A stretch of DNA of 63,396 nucleotides, counting the filler, from Octopus bimaculoides (Eukaryota): assembly GCF_001194135.2 (NCBI RefSeq). It is 10 parts of 9 records of this genome, joined end to end, with 100 filler letters (N's around TTAATTAATTAA, not from the genome) between each part and the next. Parts side by side here need not be neighbours in the genome. Positions count along the whole stretch, not along the records: positions 7,649 to 20,322 come from NC_069007.1; positions 20,423 to 23,409 come from NW_026402218.1; positions 23,510 to 32,838 come from NC_068981.1; 7 more parts are not named here. The stretch is one strand, 5' to 3'. The first letter of the stretch is position 1; every line of letters starts with the position of its first letter. Position numbers and translations under genes: made by a program. Below, piece after piece: positions 12,370-24,810 of the stretch. The notes beneath the pieces were generated by a model. That model saw nothing but the letters and a program-made list of their open reading frames with translations, was not told where the DNA came from and ran no database searches.

Positions 12370-13399
12370 TATGTGTGTGTATATATATGTATATATGCCA
12401 ATGTCTATTTATGTATGTATATAGATATATATGTACATTTATATGTAATTATATATATTTATACTTACATGTAGGTATATATGTACTTATGTGTGCATAC
12501 ATACATACATACATACATACATACACACATACATATATTTACGTCTTAACAACAATCCGGATGAGAAAATATGACATCTAAATAATAAAGGAACATCTAC
12601 ATCGACTGCGATAAACAAAAAAACAAAAATCCATTTGCTACAAAATTCACAGCAACACAACAAAAATAACACCAAAGCACATGATTTATTTCGAATTAAC
12701 CCCTTCAAGGTAGAGATGTTGGTATGCTAACGATGGAATTAACACAAACTACCTTAAGGAATAACGGATACAGTGAGAGGATGTGGAGGTGGTATTAGTT
12801 GAAGTCATATCGTACTTCTCCCATATCACTAACTTTGGGTTTTTTTTTTCTCCACTTCCTCTTCTACTGTCATACTCAGCCGCCATTTTGAATCGTGCAA
12901 AACTAATCAACATGTCGCTGCATAGCATATTCTTTGTTGTTTTGTGTGGATGGTTTTTCTTGTGTGTATCGTACTTTTCTCATTTTTTTCTTTTGCTACT
13001 TGATCATTCTGACACTGTAAAGTGATAGGCTGACGACAAAATATCTTCGTGAAATATGATGCTTCCATGTAGTTGTTAAAGATGCTAAAGATGATAGGTG
13101 GGGGTCCCTTAAAATACACAGTCTCATCGAAAAATATGAATTCTATAATGAAATAGAATAACGAGATACATTCTAGTACATTGAGAAGATTTGTGTACTA
13201 TGGTATGTCACCTACATATCCTGCGTCGTCCCCAGAAATAGCTCCGCTTGTGATGTTATTGATAATTTGGGTATCCGTAAATTATACATTGAGCGTTTAA
13301 TGCCCTTCATTATATTTCTTGCTAAGCACTGAATAGATGGATTACAAGATTATATAATGTTTCAGCTGTAACGATGTCACCACTATGGTATTTTATCGA

Positions 13400-13961
13400 A
13401 ATGCGTATATGTCTTAAAAAGTATCAAATACCATACTTATCTTTATCTGCACGGAAAGTAGTGGTTTTCTGATTGCAGCCCTCCTGTGAAATCCACCTTT
13501 GTGCAGCTCCCGGTGAACAGTCTTTGTGGAAACTGGGTTCTCGAGGTGGTCATTAAGCTCTGCAGCAATTTTGGGAGCTGCACTTTGGTGATCCTTTTTA
13601 ACAATTCGCGTAAGTGGAAGTTTTGTTTTTCTTACGGAGTTTTGTTTCGACGAGGAGCGAGACAGTACTTCTTGATACACCAAACATTTCGGCTGTTTTC
13701 GTTACTCCAGCGCCTGCCATACGAGCACCAACAATTTGACCTCTTTGAAAGTCCGATAGTTATGTTATTTTAATGAAGTTTAATTACCTTTTTCTGATAA
13801 TATCTGAGAAGAAACAGCAATGTTAGCAAAACATATTAAGTAACACTGATAATAAATTGAATTAAAGATAAAAATAATCAAGCTTTTGATGATTTTATAG
13901 ATATTTCAAAATTATGATTCTATGATGCTAGGTGTTTCCATTATTTTGTCCAACCCCTGTA
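13400..13961 (-). mobile_element. Tc1-like transposon, 5' part with TIR
   Basis: Translation LSDFQRGQIVGARMAGAGVTKTAEMFGVSRSTVS then PKIAAELNDHLENPVSTKTVHRELHK..RAAIRKPLL. TIR TACAGGGGTTGGACAAAATAATGGAAACACC at 13961-13931. Confidence 0.88.
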
Positions 13962-14199
13962 TGTATATTTCTACATACACACACATACATTCACAAGCAT
14001 ATATATGTTTAAGTGTATTCTTACATGTAGGTATTTTTGTTTATATGTATATTCTATGTCTATGCATGAATATCCATGAAAGTTTTTCTGCATTGTATGA
14101 AAATGCTAAACATGTGGATTCATATATGTATAATATGTATATATACATATATACACATATATATAGACGTCCATATTTATATGTAGATAGATAGATAGG

Positions 14200-14264
<65 letters not shown>

Positions 14265-15056
14265 TGGAGCAGACATGGCTGTGTTAATTTAAAATAAATT
14301 TTTGAGAAAAATTGCAAATGAAAATAAAATAATGATTAAACTATAGTTTTATTTATTTTTTATAGTGTTTCGCGACTTTTAACAAATAATTTCATTTATT
14401 GCTAAAATGTAGAATGGTATTCTCACACATGACGCCATCTCGTATTCATACCAGTTTTCTTCAATTTTATTTATTGAAATGTTTTCCTTTTTTTTTTTTC
14501 ATGTTGCCGTGTGTCACTGTTTGAGTGTATATACACACGTATGCTTTCTCTCTACACGCTCACGTATGCTTTTGTGTATGTGTGTGTGTGACTGTGAGCG
14601 TGTATACATATGTGTATTTCCGTGTTTAAATACGTGCTTCTGTTTGAGTCTCTTTCTGTATGTGGTTCGTGATGATATAAATGTTATACGCTTGTTTCGT
14701 TCAAACTTTGGTAGAACATACGCACCCATCAACGCGCTTCTATCCTTTCATTTGCTTTGCATTCTCATTGACTTTCATATTTGTTTGCATTTTTTCATGC
14801 TGGTTTCATCAGTGTTTATTTTGTTTATTTATTATTTCTTTAGCTGTAAATATTTTTTTAAAACACTATTATATTTTTTTCACAGCAGTGTTTTTTATTT
14901 ATATATTTATTTATTTATCGATCATAAATTATTTTCCGAGCCTCTCTAATTCTATATGTCCATGTATGTGTATATTCTTCTGTCTCGTGTACGTATATGT
15001 GGATATAGGCAGATATAAATATATGCAAAAAGAGACGTGTGTACGTATATATGCTC

Positions 15057-15124
<68 letters not shown>

Positions 15125-16126
15125 ATGTATGTATGTGTAGATATATATAAATATATATTTAATATATATATGTGCGTATGTATATATATATATATANNNN
15201 NNNNNNNNNNNNNNNNNNNNNNNNNNNNNNNNNNNNNNNNNNNNNNNNNNNNNNNNNNNNNNNNNNNNNNNNNNNNNNNNNNNNNNNNNNNNNNNNNNNN
15301 NNNNNNNNNNNNNNNNNNNNNNNNNNNNNNNNNNNNNNNNNNNNNNNNNNNNNNNNNNNNNNNNNNNNNNNNNNNNNNNNNNNNNNNNNNNNNNNNNNNN
15401 NNNNNNNNNNNNNNNNNNNNNNNNNNNNNNNNNNNNNNNNNNNNNNNNNNNNNNNNNNNNNNNNNNNNNNNNNNNNNNNNNNNNNNNNNNNNNNNNNNNN
15501 NNNNNNNNNNNNNNNNNNNNNNNNNNNNNNNNNNNNNNNNNNNNNNNNNNNNNNNNNNNNNNNNNNNNNNNNNNNNNNNNNNNNNNNNNNNNNNNNNNNN
15601 NNNNNNNNNNNNNNNNNNNNNNNNNNNNNNNNNNNNNNNNNNNNNNNNNNNNNNNNNNNNNNNNNNNNNNNNNNNNNNNNNNNNNNNNNNNNNNNNNNNN
15701 NNNNNNNNNNNNNNNNNNNNNNNNNNNNNNNNNNNNNNNNNNNNNNNNNNNNNNNNNNNNNNNNNNNNNNNNNNNNNNNNNNNNNNNNNNNNNNNNNNNN
15801 NNNNNNNNNNNNNNNNNNNNNNNNNNNNNNNNNNNNNNNNNNNNNNNNNNNNNNNNNNNNNNNNNNNNNNNNNNNNNNNNNNNNNNNNNNNNNNNNNNNN
15901 NNNNNNNNNNNNNNNNNNNNNNNNNNNNNNNNNNNNNNNNNNNNNNNNNNNNNNNNNNNNNNNNNNNNNNNNNNNNNNNNNNNNNNNNNNNNNNNNNNNN
16001 NNNNNNNNNNNNNNNNNNNNNNNNNNNNNNNNNNNNNNNNNNNNNNNNNNNNNNNNNNNNNNNNNNNNNNNNNNNNNNNNNNNNNNNNNNNNNNNNNNNN
16101 NNNNNNNNNNNNNNNNNNNNNNNNNN

Positions 16127-16200
<74 letters not shown>

Positions 16201-16309
16201 GTGTGTGAGTGTGTTTGTGTGTGTATGTGTGTGTATTCATATACAAATCTACAAAGAAGACAACGTACATTGAGATAATTTAATACTGTATAGTGCATAT
16301 GTGTGTATG

Positions 16310-16388
<79 letters not shown>

Positions 16389-16714
16389 ATATATACAGAT
16401 AGACAGCCAGTTAGATACATACATACAGACAGATAGACAGACACATACATGCATGCATACATACAAAGATTTATATATGTATGTATATATATATATATAT
16501 GTGTATAAATATATATATACATATACACATACATAAATACACACATACATATNNNNNNNNNNNNNNNNNNNNNNNNNNNNNNNNNNNNNNNNNNNNNNNN
16601 NNNNNNNNNNNNNNNNNNNNNNNNNNNNNNNNNNNNNNNNNNNNNNNNNNNNNNNNNNNNNNNNNNNNNNNNNNNNNNNNNNNNNNNNNNNNNNNNNNNN
16701 NNNNNNNNNNNNNN

Positions 16715-16756
<42 letters not shown>

Positions 16757-16924
16757 CATGCACAAACATATATATGTATGTATATACTATGATATATACA
16801 CATGTATATATGTATTATATGTAGCAGGTGTTTGTGTGTGTATATCAAAAACATGTGTATCAAGAGAATGAACATGAATACAAGACCAAAGTGTGCTATT
16901 AACGCTTGCTGACAGAGCATAGTG

Positions 16925-16960
16925 CATTGACATTTCGGACATTGGTACTTCTTCAGAAAT
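16925..16960 (-). ncRNA. Minimal hammerhead ribozyme motif (slightly decayed)
   Basis: ATTT-CTGAAGA-A-GTAC(CAAT)GTCC-GAAA-TGT-C-AATG. One stem II mismatch; ATGT is ACGT with a CpG transition. Confidence 0.55.
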
Positions 16961-17090
16961 ATGAGATAACAAGTTGAAGATTTATATATAGATAGATAGA
17001 TATGCGTATATATATGTGTGTATATATATATGTGTGTGTGTACGTGTTTATATATATGTAAATATATATATATTTATGCATATATATCGT

Positions 17091-17426
17091 GAAGGTGCAT
17101 GGCTCGGTGGTCAGATCGTCGGGCTTACGATTGTGAGGTTGTGAGTTCAAATCCTGGACCGGGCTGCGTGTTGTGTTCTTGAGCAAAACACTTTTATTTC
17201 CCGTTGCTCCAGTTCACTCAGCTGTAGAAATGAGTTGCGACGTCACAGGTGCCAAGCTGTATCGAACTTCGCCTTTCCCTTAGTTTACGCTGGTGGCGTG
17301 GAGAGGAGAAGCTGGTATGCATGGGCGACTGCTTGTCTTCCATAAACAACCTTGCCCGGACTCGTGCCCGGGAGGGTAACTTTCTAGGTGCAATCCCATG
17401 GTCAGTCATGACCGAAGGGGGTGCTC
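17091..17426 (+). mobile_element. tRNA-derived SINE, family B, full length
   Basis: A/B-box-like head (TGGCTCGGTGG...GAGTTCAAATCC) and core GTGTTCTTGAGCAAAACAC...TTGCTCCAGTTCACTCAGCTG. Second copy at 60921. Confidence 0.88.
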
Positions 17427-17428
17427 AG

Positions 17429-17518
<90 letters not shown>

Positions 17519-17587
17519 AATATAATGATAATAATAATAATAAACGTGAATCATTCGGTAGTAAAGATCAGCTATTATCAATAAGAT

Positions 17588-19725
17588 GATCTTGGAAGAG
17601 TGTCACAAGAACTTGTCAGCCTGGGTAAACGATAAAAAAGTTGTTATAGTCTACCACAAAGCTGAATTAAGAAATGTCTGGAAATTTATAAAATAGCAGC
17701 TAATCTGCGAAATTTCTTGTTTGTAAGTATGTGATCATGGAGAACCACACTGACTTTGAAAAGTGACAGTTAATCTCTCAATGCTGGAGATGTCAGTATT
17801 CCATGTGACATTTTCCAGGGTCACACTCTATTACCCTCCTCTTTTGTCTGGTCTTAATACCTTTCTCGAAATTGCTCGACGATGTACAATATGGCAGTAA
17901 AATGGTTGACAATGTCGATAATATTATAATATAATATTCCTTAGAATCACGAGGAAAAAACAAAAAAAAACAAAAAAACAAATAAATGATCTTTTTTACA
18001 TGGATGATCTAAATCTCGTTGCAAAATTGACTAACAACTACAGGGCTTACTAGCAATTCTTAAACAATTCAGTACACGGTGGTGCATCAGCATGGCCGCA
18101 GCTCTGAGCTGAAACTTTGAAATGAAATGAAATGAAATGATGATATCAGTATGCAAACGTTACCATTATCAAAGGAAAAGTGACAGAAACATCCAACGTT
18201 AATCTTGACAAGCAGAATGTCATAAAGGAGGTAGAACCAGCAGGGAGCTGTAAATACCTAGGGGTATTTGAAGGTGATGGAATCAAACATTCAATGATGT
18301 GGGAAAGGATCAGAAGCGAATGTTATACCAGAGAAAGGATGTTATCCCAGACTAAAGTCAGAGCTGAATGCAAGAAACAGGATCGAAGTGATCAATAATT
18401 TAGTCATAACGATCGTGACTTACAGTTTCAATATCATTAACTGGTCAATTACTGAAATATGTAATCTTGACAGAAAAATACGAAAATTGCTGACAATGCA
18501 TAGAATGTACCACCCTAGAGAAGATATAGCACGACTTTACCTGCCAAGAAAAGAGGGTGGCCGTGGATTTTGACAACTGGAATTAACAATGAATATTGCC
18601 ACAATTGGCCTTCACACCTACCTGAAAAACTCTGATAACTGGAGGTTAAAACTTCTCTTAAAGTACGAAAACAAGAAAGCATCATACTCAGTAATAAAAC
18701 AGGCAAAGGAATATCTAAGTGAATTCCAAATACAACAAATCCCAGAATTGGACATACTGGAAAGAAGCACAGAAAAAGCTAAGCGTATAAAAACCCGTGC
18801 TAAAACTGCTGCCTTAGATATTCACACTGATAAATTGCGTGAAAAATCTCTCAATGGCAAATACCAAAAGAGAGCTAATAATGCCGATGTTGACAAAGCC
18901 CTTCTTTCTTCTCGCTTAAAATGGGAACCAGAAGAGTTTATCATAGCAGCCCAAGATCAATGCCTACCTGCAAGGAGCTACCAGGCTAACATATTTCAGA
19001 ACGGCAGTAGCCCAACATTTCGTGTATGTAAACAGCAAAATGAAACCATTGATTATGTTGTCTCTATGTGCAGTTTTCTTGTGCCTACAGAGTATCTCAA
19101 CAGGCATGATAGAGCAGCATAGTATATTCACTGGGTAATTTGGATCTGCTCCATGGTAAAAACTGGTGGGAACACAAACCACCTCCAGTACTTGAAAATT
19201 ACCACATCTCACTCCTGTCACTTCACTGTTCAAACTGACAGAAAGATCGATGCGAATAGGCCAGACATTATATTGAAGGACCTCAGACAAAAATCATTCC
19301 TCCTCATTGATATGACTGTCCCAGTTGACATAAACGTATCTGTCCAGACCTACCAAAATCTGAGCAAGTATAAAGATCTTGAAATAAGAATTTGCAAAAT
19401 GTGAAACCTCAAGACTAAAACATTACCTGTTGTCATAGGTGCCCTAGGAATGATAGGAAAAGGGGATGATTCCTACCTAGCTCAGATACCAGGAAACCCT
19501 AAAATGGCAGAAATTCAAACTATAGTGCTCATGGGAATTGCCCATATCCTACGTAAATTATTGTCAATATAATCTCAAATTTTAAAACAAACTTATAATT
19601 TTCTTATGATTTCTTAAACATTCTCTAGAACAATACTATGTGCAAAACCAAATATATGACACCCTAGGCATGATACCAACATGAACTTCTAACTTGTTAT
19701 CTCTTGAGGTCTCTGGGTTAGACTT
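17588..19725 (+). mobile_element. R4/Dong-type LINE (RT plus RLE), heavily mutated
   Basis: IFQG, FYMDDL, YLG, RLYLPRKEGGRG, IAAQDQ, RHD, RPDII, KYKDLE and IGALG motifs spread across broken ORFs. Preceded by (TAA)n. Confidence 0.92.
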
Positions 19726-19734
19726 GGAACTGTA

Positions 19735-20135
19735 TAGGAGATCGTCTGGAAGAGAGTGCTTCTTGAGGAGCTCACATCCAACTCGTATAATGTTACTCAT
19801 TTCACTCTTCAGCACTGTATTTATGTATTTATTTTTGCCTCAGTTGTTCAGCACGTGTTGCCTGAATGACACCATTCGAACGCCTGTTTGCTGTGATCTC
19901 AGGCCTCTACCACTTTCATTTCTTCTTAGCTAGAGCCTGTTAACATCACTGTTTCTGTGGAAGTTCCCAGTTGTTGCCAGGATTTTGCGGGTTTTGATAT
20001 CTATGGAGTGGATTTTCTGTACAGACCAATGAAGAATCTCAGATGCTGGGATCAGCACTCATACTGTAAATGCATTGTGGGATATTGTTTTGGTGGAAGA
20101 GGAGAGTTCCGACTGCTATATTTTCCTAAGACGTA
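19735..20135 (-). mobile_element. Further R4/Dong-like RT-thumb fragment, different family
   Basis: Manual translation RLRKI*QSELS..KTISHNAF..WSVQKIHSIDIKTRKILATTGNFHRNSDVNRL*LRRNESGRGL. Confidence 0.75.
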
Positions 20136-20271
20136 TGTATGTATACATGTATATAGACATGTATGTATACATGTATGTATGAATGTATGCATGCATGTAT
20201 GCTTGTATGTATGCATGTATGTATTATTGTGTTTGCACGTACGCGTGTCTGGTTATACGGACGTGTGTGTA

Positions 20272-20322
<51 letters not shown>

Positions 20323-20422
20323 NNNNNNNNNNNNNNNNNNNNNNNNNNNNNNNNNNNNNNNNNNNNTTAATTAATTAANNNNNNNNNNNNNNNNNNNNNN
20401 NNNNNNNNNNNNNNNNNNNNNN

Positions 20423-20872
20423 AATACCGCTGAGCGTTTCGTCAGGCGCAATAACAATTCTTTCCTAATGTAGGCACAAGGCCCGAAATTTGGAGGGAGG
20501 GCGCCCAGTCGATTACATCGACCCAAGTACGCAACTGGTACTTATTTTATCAATCTCGAAAGGATAAAAGGCAAAGTCGACCTCGGTGGAATTTGAACTC
20601 ACAACGTAGCGATAGGCGAAATACCGCTAAGCATTTTGTCAGGCGCGATAACGATTCTTTCCTAATCTAGGCAAAAGACCCGAAATTTGGAGGGAGGGCG
20701 CCCAGTCGATTACATCGACCCTAGTACGCAACTGGTACTTATTTTATCAATCTCGAAAGGATAAAAGGCAAAGTCGACCTCGGTGGAATTTGAACTCACA
20801 ACGTAGCGACGGGCGACATGCCGCTAAGCATTTCGTCCTGCGCGATAACGATTCTGCCAGCTCGCTGCCTTA
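20423..20872 (-). mobile_element. SINE family E, head-to-tail tandem array with 197-bp period
   Basis: AATACCGC-like anchors at 20423, 20620 and 20817. The units share private variants. Only the outermost unit has the full GGCAGCGAGCTGGCAG head. Confidence 0.9.
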
Positions 20873-21535
20873 CCATCCCGAAATAATAGTATCAGTTTCA
20901 AAACACGATTTCGCATCAGGAATCTTGCAAAACTAAATACGTATAAACATAAATAAAATTATTTATCCGTGGATTTACCTGCCTATAAGTGTACAGCAAA
21001 CAACTAGGAGGCAGGGAGGGATAGAAATAGTGCCAGCTAGGTGAGAAAGGGACAGAATGATAGACACAAGCAGACGGAGAGAAGAAAGCAGGCAGATTAA
21101 AAATCCATTTACAGACGACAGACAGTCACAATGTTATGATATAAAGTACATATGTCAGAGAGTCTATTAGGCTTGTAACGCCGTCTATTCACGACGTGAT
21201 ATGTAGATTTACATACACGTGCGCGAGATGACTGATTACATAGCTACGTTTTCTCAAATTTCCCGCTAAACAGACGCAAGAGAAAATACATGCACGACGC
21301 GCGAGCACACATACACAACACATTTGATAGTGCCTATGTGTATATGTATGCATGTGTGTGCGTGTAATATATATATGTACATAGATGGGACTTTTCTTTT
21401 TCTTTTTTTTATAGCCTTTTTTGACATGTGCAAGCCAACGACTTTTATTTCTTATAACATGCATTGTATTGACTTAAAAACAAATTAAAACCGTTTATCT
21501 ACATCAGACAATGTTTCGTGCAAACTATACCAACC

Positions 21536-21578
<43 letters not shown>

Positions 21579-21718
21579 CGACAGGCTTCTTTCAGTTTCC
21601 GTCAGCCAAATCCACTCACATGACTTTGGTCGGCTCGAGGTTATAGTAGAAAACACTTGCCCAAGGTGCCGCGTAGTGGGAATGAACCCGGACCCGAGCT
21701 TCTTACCACACGGCCATA
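21579..21718 (-). mobile_element. SINE family A head
   Basis: CTTCTTTCAGTTTCCGTC..AAATCCACTCAC..CACTTGCCCAAGGTGCC. Confidence 0.8.
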
Positions 21719-21734
21719 TATCGCTAGACACACA

Positions 21735-21935
21735 AAGGTGGTGAGCTGGCAGACTCGTTAGTATGTCGGACAAAATGCGTAGCAACATTTCGTCCGGCTT
21801 TACATCCTGCATCGACTTTGCCTTTCACCCTTTCGGGGTCAATAAAATAAGTAACGACCCCAGTTGATCACTGGGGTCGTTATAATTGACTTAACTATCG
21901 CTCGACAAAATTTCAGATCTTGAGACTATTTTAGA
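21735..21935 (+). mobile_element. SINE family E
   Basis: GGTGAGCTGGCAGA head, TCGACTTTGCCTTTCA.CCTTTCGGGGTC and CTGGGGTCG. Confidence 0.8.
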
Positions 21936-22323
21936 AACTATATACATACACATACACTAGCTCATACACACACTCAGACAAACAACTGTAAACCCACACA
22001 CACACACACCATCAAACAACTGTAAACCCACAAGCATGCACCACCTTCAATTAATTGCCCAACGCAAAAGTTGGGCAATTACATGCGTTAATATTTCGGC
22101 TTTTAAAAATCTTGATTGATCTGTAAAAGATTTGACTGCTATTACGAGGGTGTTATGTAAAAGCAGGGGCTTGGGTGAGTAGAAGATAGTGATGTTGTGT
22201 CGTTCATGGCATTTCATCGGAAACAAATAAGCAATAATTATTATTTTACAACTTGTTATCTAAAGTTATGCGACGCACTTTGAATCGTGGAATATTAAAT
22301 AGCGAATACAAATGTTCAGACGT

Positions 22324-22370
<47 letters not shown>

Positions 22371-22625
22371 CATACATGTGTATACGTATACAAACATATA
22401 TACATATACATATGTATATATATATATATATATACATACAGACACACGTATGCCCAGATACACATACCCATACACACACGCATATATATATGTATGTATG
22501 TATGTATATATATATATAAGGTGAGAGAAAGAGAGACAGACAGAGAGGAGGGAGACACACACACATGCATACATGCAAATACGTATAAATAAGCTCATGT
22601 TTTGCTTTTGTAAATGTGGTTGCGC

Positions 22626-22692
<67 letters not shown>

Positions 22693-22981
22693 TATATATG
22701 GTGGGCTTGGGAGTTAGATAAACAGATACATGAACATATCTAAATAGGTATACATGGCATGTATGTGCCTGTGTGTCTTTGAAGCGCGTGGTACATGATT
22801 TCCACAGCTGTAAAGAAATCAATGTTCAATGCAAAGTGTGCGCGCGTGTATCAATGTTTACAAACAAGAGACAAGAATACACAATACAGAGGCAGTGTAA
22901 ATATTTGTTTTGCAGCTGAGATTACACACTTAATTTCTGTTCCAATATAGATGTGTGCGCACACGTATGTACGTGTGTAGG

Positions 22982-23016
<35 letters not shown>

Positions 23017-23769
23017 TAGATAGATAGATAGATAGATATTCAAAAGTTAATGTTCGTCGGTGAATGAATAAAGCGTTCAATAGATGGTGTAGAATCTATA
23101 ATTTTATGAATTAAGATATATATATATATAACCTTCGGTATATATATATAGAGATAAATATATATGTATATATATATAGATAAATATATATATATATATA
23201 TATAGATAAATATATATATATATGTATATATATATAGATAAATAAATATGTATATATATATAGATAAATATATATGTATATATATATAGATAAATATATA
23301 TGTATATATATAAATATATATGTATATATAACGATAAATATATATGTGTGTATATATAAATATATATATACATATATACACATATATATATAAATATATA
23401 TACATATATNNNNNNNNNNNNNNNNNNNNNNNNNNNNNNNNNNNNNNNNNNNNTTAATTAATTAANNNNNNNNNNNNNNNNNNNNNNNNNNNNNNNNNNN
23501 NNNNNNNNNTTTCGAACGAAACACTGCAAAATGCAGCGTTCGTGTCACAAAGATTTTCATGGCTACAAGACGCCATCGTCTCAAAAAAAAATGGCTAGAA
23601 AGCCGAAATTGGTTTTTATATCCTGGAAATGTGCCACACAGGGCAGATTTCCGTCGCAAAAAACTTGCACCAGAGAGTCTACAAGTTGTTATACAACTTT
23701 GTATATAAAATAAACTTTACAAACAAACTTTTTAAAACATGAAAAAGGCAAAACTTACAGAGCCGACAC

Positions 23770-24810
23770 GTCTACCGTCCGTCCATAGAGATAGATAGAT
23801 GAGATAAATAGATGGATGGATAGATAGCTAGATACTTACATACGTACACAGATGGATGGAAAGATACATACATACATACAGACACAGATGGATGCAGTGG
23901 TAGATAGATGGACAAACGGACTGATGGAAAGGTATATGGATGGAAGGAAAGATAGGTAGAAGGATACATACATACAGGGATGTTGGTGGGTGGGTGGTGG
24001 GTGGATAGAGTCAGATAAATGGATGACAAGATGGATAGATAAACAGGAAGGTGGATGGATGGCTGCATGGATAGATAGACATGTAGGTAGATAGATATAC
24101 AGATGGATAGTTGGATGGATGGACAGGCAGATAGATACATAGATAGATAGGAGGATGAATAGATATGTAGGTGAATAGAAAGCCGGATAGATGGATGAAT
24201 AGATAGATACCTACGAGGAATGATGGATGGTTAGATAGAGAGATAGGTAGAGGGAAGGATAGACAGGTAGATGGATGAATAGACAGACATCTAGATAGGC
24301 AGGTAGATAGACAGAGGGATATATAGGTGGATGGAAGGGTGAATGAATGGATGGACTGATAGATAAAAACTGGCACACTGTAGGTAACATCGATGAGGAT
24401 TCCAGTTGATCCGATCAACAGAACTGTCTGGTTAGTGTGCAAGTGGATGAGCACACCAAAGACACATGTACCTTTAACATAGTTCTCAGGGACATTGAGT
24501 GTGACATACAATGTGACAAGATCCATTCTTTGAAATACGGGTACTATCCATTTTTACCAGCTGAGTAGACAGGAGCAACATGAAATAAAGTGTCTTGCTC
24601 AAGGACACAACACACCATCAGGAATTACACACAGGACCTAATGATTGAGTTGAATAAAGTAAAAAACTCAGCCACATACCTGGACAGGGTGGATGGACAG
24701 TTGGATGGATAGATAGATAGATAGATGGATGGATGGATGGATAGATAGATAGATAGATGGATGGATGGATAGATGGATGGATGGATACATTGACAGACAG
24801 ACAGATAGAT
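23770..24810. repeat. Compound (GATA)n/(GGAT)n microsatellite field
   Basis: Directly visible; interrupted by a SINE at 24368-24630. Confidence 0.95.
24368..24630 (-). mobile_element. SINE with family-B core and family-C tail
   Basis: TTCCAGTTGATCCGATCAACAGAAC tail and GAAATAAAGTGTCTTGCTCAAGGACACAAC core. Confidence 0.8.

Noticed and set aside
11766-16972. Long ORFs of 200-536 aa
   Set aside because: Composed of N runs and (AT)n/(GT)n microsatellite translations ([12 protein letters not shown]).
17091-17165. tRNA genes (also 38633 and 58118)
   Set aside because: tRNA-like heads continue into SINE bodies; no complete cloverleaf.
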